Below are positions 35,200 to 38,014 of a DNA stretch of 38,014 nucleotides, in pieces (positions within the stretch are counted from its first letter, which is position 1; each line of letters begins with the position of its first letter). A program made the position numbers and the translations under genes. The stretch comes from Candidatus Huberarchaeum crystalense (GTDB lineage: Archaea > Huberarchaeota > Huberarchaeia > Huberarchaeales > Huberarchaeaceae): assembly GCA_002790315.1 (NCBI GenBank), contig PFUW01000003.1, positions 1-38,014 on the forward strand. Direction: 5' to 3'. The notes beneath the pieces were generated by a model. That model was not told the origin of the DNA. It searched no databases and saw only the letters and a list, made by a program, of their open reading frames with translations.

Positions 35200-37127
35200 A
35201 TGTTTTATATAAACAGATCATACTATATTTACCTTATAAACAGATCATACTATATTTACCTTATAAACAGATCATACTATATTTACCTTATAAACAGATC
35301 ATANNNNNNNNNNNNNNNGAACAAAATAAAGGTTTAAGTCCAGACCTAATTCCAAGATATGGATTTGGAGCAACGCCAGATGGGGGTATGACTGCTCAAC
35401 TATCGTATGAGCAGCAAGTTAATCAAATAATTAATTGGGGTGCAAAAGCAATAGAAATTTCTGTGTTTCCCTGGGGTATTGGAGGAGCTAAAGGTAAGGC
35501 AGGGGTTCCACCATCAGACGAATCTATGGGTATTATTAAGCAACTTGTAAATTTAAATAATATTTCATTTGGAATTCATGCACCATATTCTATGCAAGGA
35601 GTAGGATCTGAAAGTATTGTAAATGTAATTCATGATTCTAATACAGATGCAGGAGCGCGCTTTCAAAAAGATTCAACAGACCTAATGCAAAGGTTAACAT
35701 ATGTTGCAGATAAAACTGGCGCGCAATGGATAAATATACACACTACTTTTGAGAATTGGACTTCGCCACAGAAAGGTGAATCTGGAAAACCTGTGGCAAA
35801 GCATGCAACTGTTTATGATGTTGCTTCTGGTATGTATATTCCAGTACAACGCAACAAAATAGGTGTAGATTCTGAAACAAATGAACTATTATGGGAAACA
35901 GATGCAGAAGTTGCAAATAGGATTAATAAAGATTTTTCTAATCAACTTGAAAAACAAGTATCTTCTGACATTTATAGTACAGATATAACTTATTACTCTT
36001 TTGTTAGGCCCTTAGNNNNNNNAAAGCAATTAGAGCAACAAGAGAAAAAAATCAAGGAAGAATTCTCTTTAGAGATAGCAGATGCCATTAAGCGGTTGGA
36101 AGAGAGAAAAGAACTTTTTAAACCAATACTTAAAGCATCTTTTAGCAATCTTATCAAAAATTTATCTGCGAATGAATATAAATACCATCTTAGCGACAAT
36201 GCCTTTAATTTGATGGAAAAATATGTTGAAGACCCCAAGTTTGGAGAGTGGATTAACAAAGATGATAGTATGCGCGATGAATTAAGAGGGGAGATAAGTA
36301 GGTTAAAGCGTGAATGGGATTCTGCGCGCAAAAGAGGTAAAGAAGGAATTGATCCTGGTGAAAAGGGTATTTTAACTTGGAGTAAGGCAATTGTTGAAAA
36401 TGGATCATCTAATTTGGCCAAAATGATGGAAAATATTGACAAATATGAAAAAGAAAAATTAAATAAAAAAGATAGTAACTTAAAAATCTTTGTTGAAAAT
36501 CCAGATATTAGGTTTTTGGGAGATGCAGATACCACAGCAGAAATGGTTATAGAAGCACAAAAAAAGCTAAGAAATATTGGAAGGTCAGATCTTGCTGAAA
36601 GGATAGGAATGAATATGGACACATCTCATGCCAATTCTTTTTGGGGGGTAGAATCTATTGAAAGTCAAGGTCAGGATAAAGGAAAAGTTATAACTTCAGG
36701 AGGAATAGCAGAACAATGGGAAGAAATAAAAAAAAACAAACAACTAGCTGCAATAAAGCATATGCATCTTAATGATACACCTGGCGGCGAACATATTATT
36801 TCACCAATGGGTGTTTCAAAAGAGTTTGGAGGGATGGGTATTAAAGGTGCCGAGACAATTTTGAGTGATTTAAAAAAACACGGGAAATATGATAAAATGC
36901 AAGTTGTTTTAGAATCTGGCGCGCTTTCAGGAGTTGGTTTTAAAATGTCTCAAGAAGCAATAGATAGAAGCAATATAGGAGGATATTATTATAATACTCC
37001 TATTGTGCGTGGAATGTCACCTTTTGCTGCACCTTCTTTTTACTCAGACCATTTGTTTATAGGACAAAATCAACAAGGGCAGGATAATTCTTATTTTAAG
37101 ATGACTCCTGATTTTAAGTTTTTTTAA
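35200..37127 (+). CDS. Xylose-isomerase/AP-endonuclease-2-like TIM-barrel protein with a large insertion
   Basis: GIHAP, NIHT, FVENP, MDTSHA, MHLND and VLE metal-ligand pattern. The frame is open back to the gap (35319), so the start lies upstream of 35388, probably at ATG 35200 (uncertain across the gap). Confidence 0.75.
35208..35303. repeat. 27-bp tandem repeat TATAAACAGATCATACTATATTTACCT, at least 3.5 copies, running into an N-gap
   Basis: Exact copies read directly. Confidence 0.85.
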
Positions 37128-37181
37128 ATAATTTTGCACAACACACAAAATCTTTTTTAAAAATTTTTGAGTAAATATTAT

Positions 37182-38014
37182 ATGGCATACCTTACCAAAA
37201 GTAAAAACATATTAACAATAGCACTTATCTTTTTTGCAGTCTTTGCGATTTTTATTAGCAAAACAGGAATTGTTTTAGCAGCAAGCTGGGGTGATTTGAG
37301 AATTACAGAGGTTTTATATGATGCTAATAACACAGCAGAGTGGATTGAATTATATAATCCAACCAACAACAACATAACTATTTCACAAGATTGGAAATAT
37401 TATGATATTACTACAAACAGCAATGGCGAAACATTATTTCAAANNNNNNNNNNAATCTTTTTAGATGGTTGGAATGATGTGAGCAATTGGAAACAAAGTG
37501 CATATATGTATGGAACACCATGTGGAGCAAATAGTGTATCTCCAACAATCAACACAAACACTTCTTTATCTTGCGGAATAAATTTAGAGCAAAACATTTC
37601 AACGAGAAATTATTGGCGCGCAGGTGAGACTTTTTTAGCAAATGCATTTTTTAACACAGGTGGGTTTTGGAATCCATTGAATATTTCATTTAATGTAAAA
37701 TTATCTGCACTAAATCAAAACAACAATACAATTAATTTAGGTTTTGATAATGTATCTGCAACAGAAAATCAAACAAATGAAACTAGTTTGTCTTTTGTTA
37801 TTCCAAATATAACAAATCAAATTTACAATTTAACACAGACAGTTTCAAACCTATTTTATTGGCGCGATAATGGGAATTCGTGCAACATGGTATATAAAAA
37901 CAACCAAACATCTTGCGACAACTGTAGCTGTGTTTTGGATTTGTCTTTTGAAGTTTTGAAAACACTTAATGCAAGTGTTAAAATCAGCACAGACAAACAA
38001 ATTTATTCTAATCT
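37182..38014 (+). CDS. Secreted lamin-tail-domain surface protein (runs off the window)
   Basis: Signal peptide, then LRITEVLYD...EWIELYNPT...W...GTPCGAN; many N-x-S/T sequons; frame open to the window end; absent from the ORF track. Confidence 0.85.
   Translation, partial: MAYLTKSKNILTIALIFFAVFAIFISKTGIVLAASWGDLRITEVLYDANNTAEWIELYNPTNNNITISQDWKYYDITTNSNGETLFQXXXXIFLDGWNDVSNWKQSAYMYGTPCGANSVSPTINTNTSLSCGINLEQNISTRNYWRAGETFLANAFFNTGGFWNPLNISFNVKLSALNQNNNTINLGFDNVSATENQTNETSLSFVIPNITNQIYNLTQTVSNLFYWRDNGNSCNMVYKNNQTSCDNCSCVLDLSFEVLKTLNASVKISTDKQIYSN

Noticed and set aside
35208-35303. Possible CRISPR repeat (27 bp)
   Set aside because: Head-to-tail copies without spacers.

Overview
AT-rich (roughly 28-30% GC by eye) chromosomal segment of a DPANN-type archaeon. 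The assignment rests on a fused PriS-PriL primase, PolD, an archaeal histone, AglB and CCA-less tRNAs; a Huberarchaeota-like lineage is only a guess. Content is mostly housekeeping: aglB, a cyclophilin, ftsY, five tRNAs, a MinD/ParA ATPase, MscS, a TctA-like permease, rpl31e, histone, map, a replication cluster (GINS and primase on -, cdc6-DP1-DP2 on +), NAC, Bud32, Rad50, valS, HIT, a nucleotidyltransferase-HEPN protein, Dim2/Pno1, rps26e, TFS, a TIM-barrel protein and a partial lamin-tail surface protein. Several N-gaps interrupt genes. Signals not shown by the ORF track: (1) a 57-bp near-perfect inverted repeat with an ORB-like core, embedded in different reading frames inside the primase and DP1 genes and bracketing cdc6 plus two AT-rich tracts (candidate origin with recognition boxes inside coding DNA); (2) strong window-wide over-representation of the palindrome GCGCGC (about 39 sites counted by hand); (3) a short, divergent RNase P RNA with a P18-like helix; (4) a tRNA-Leu with an A34 (AAG) anticodon; (5) a primase with a tandemly duplicated PriL C-terminal domain that has lost its Fe-S cysteines; (6) a histone with a Lys-rich N-terminal tail.
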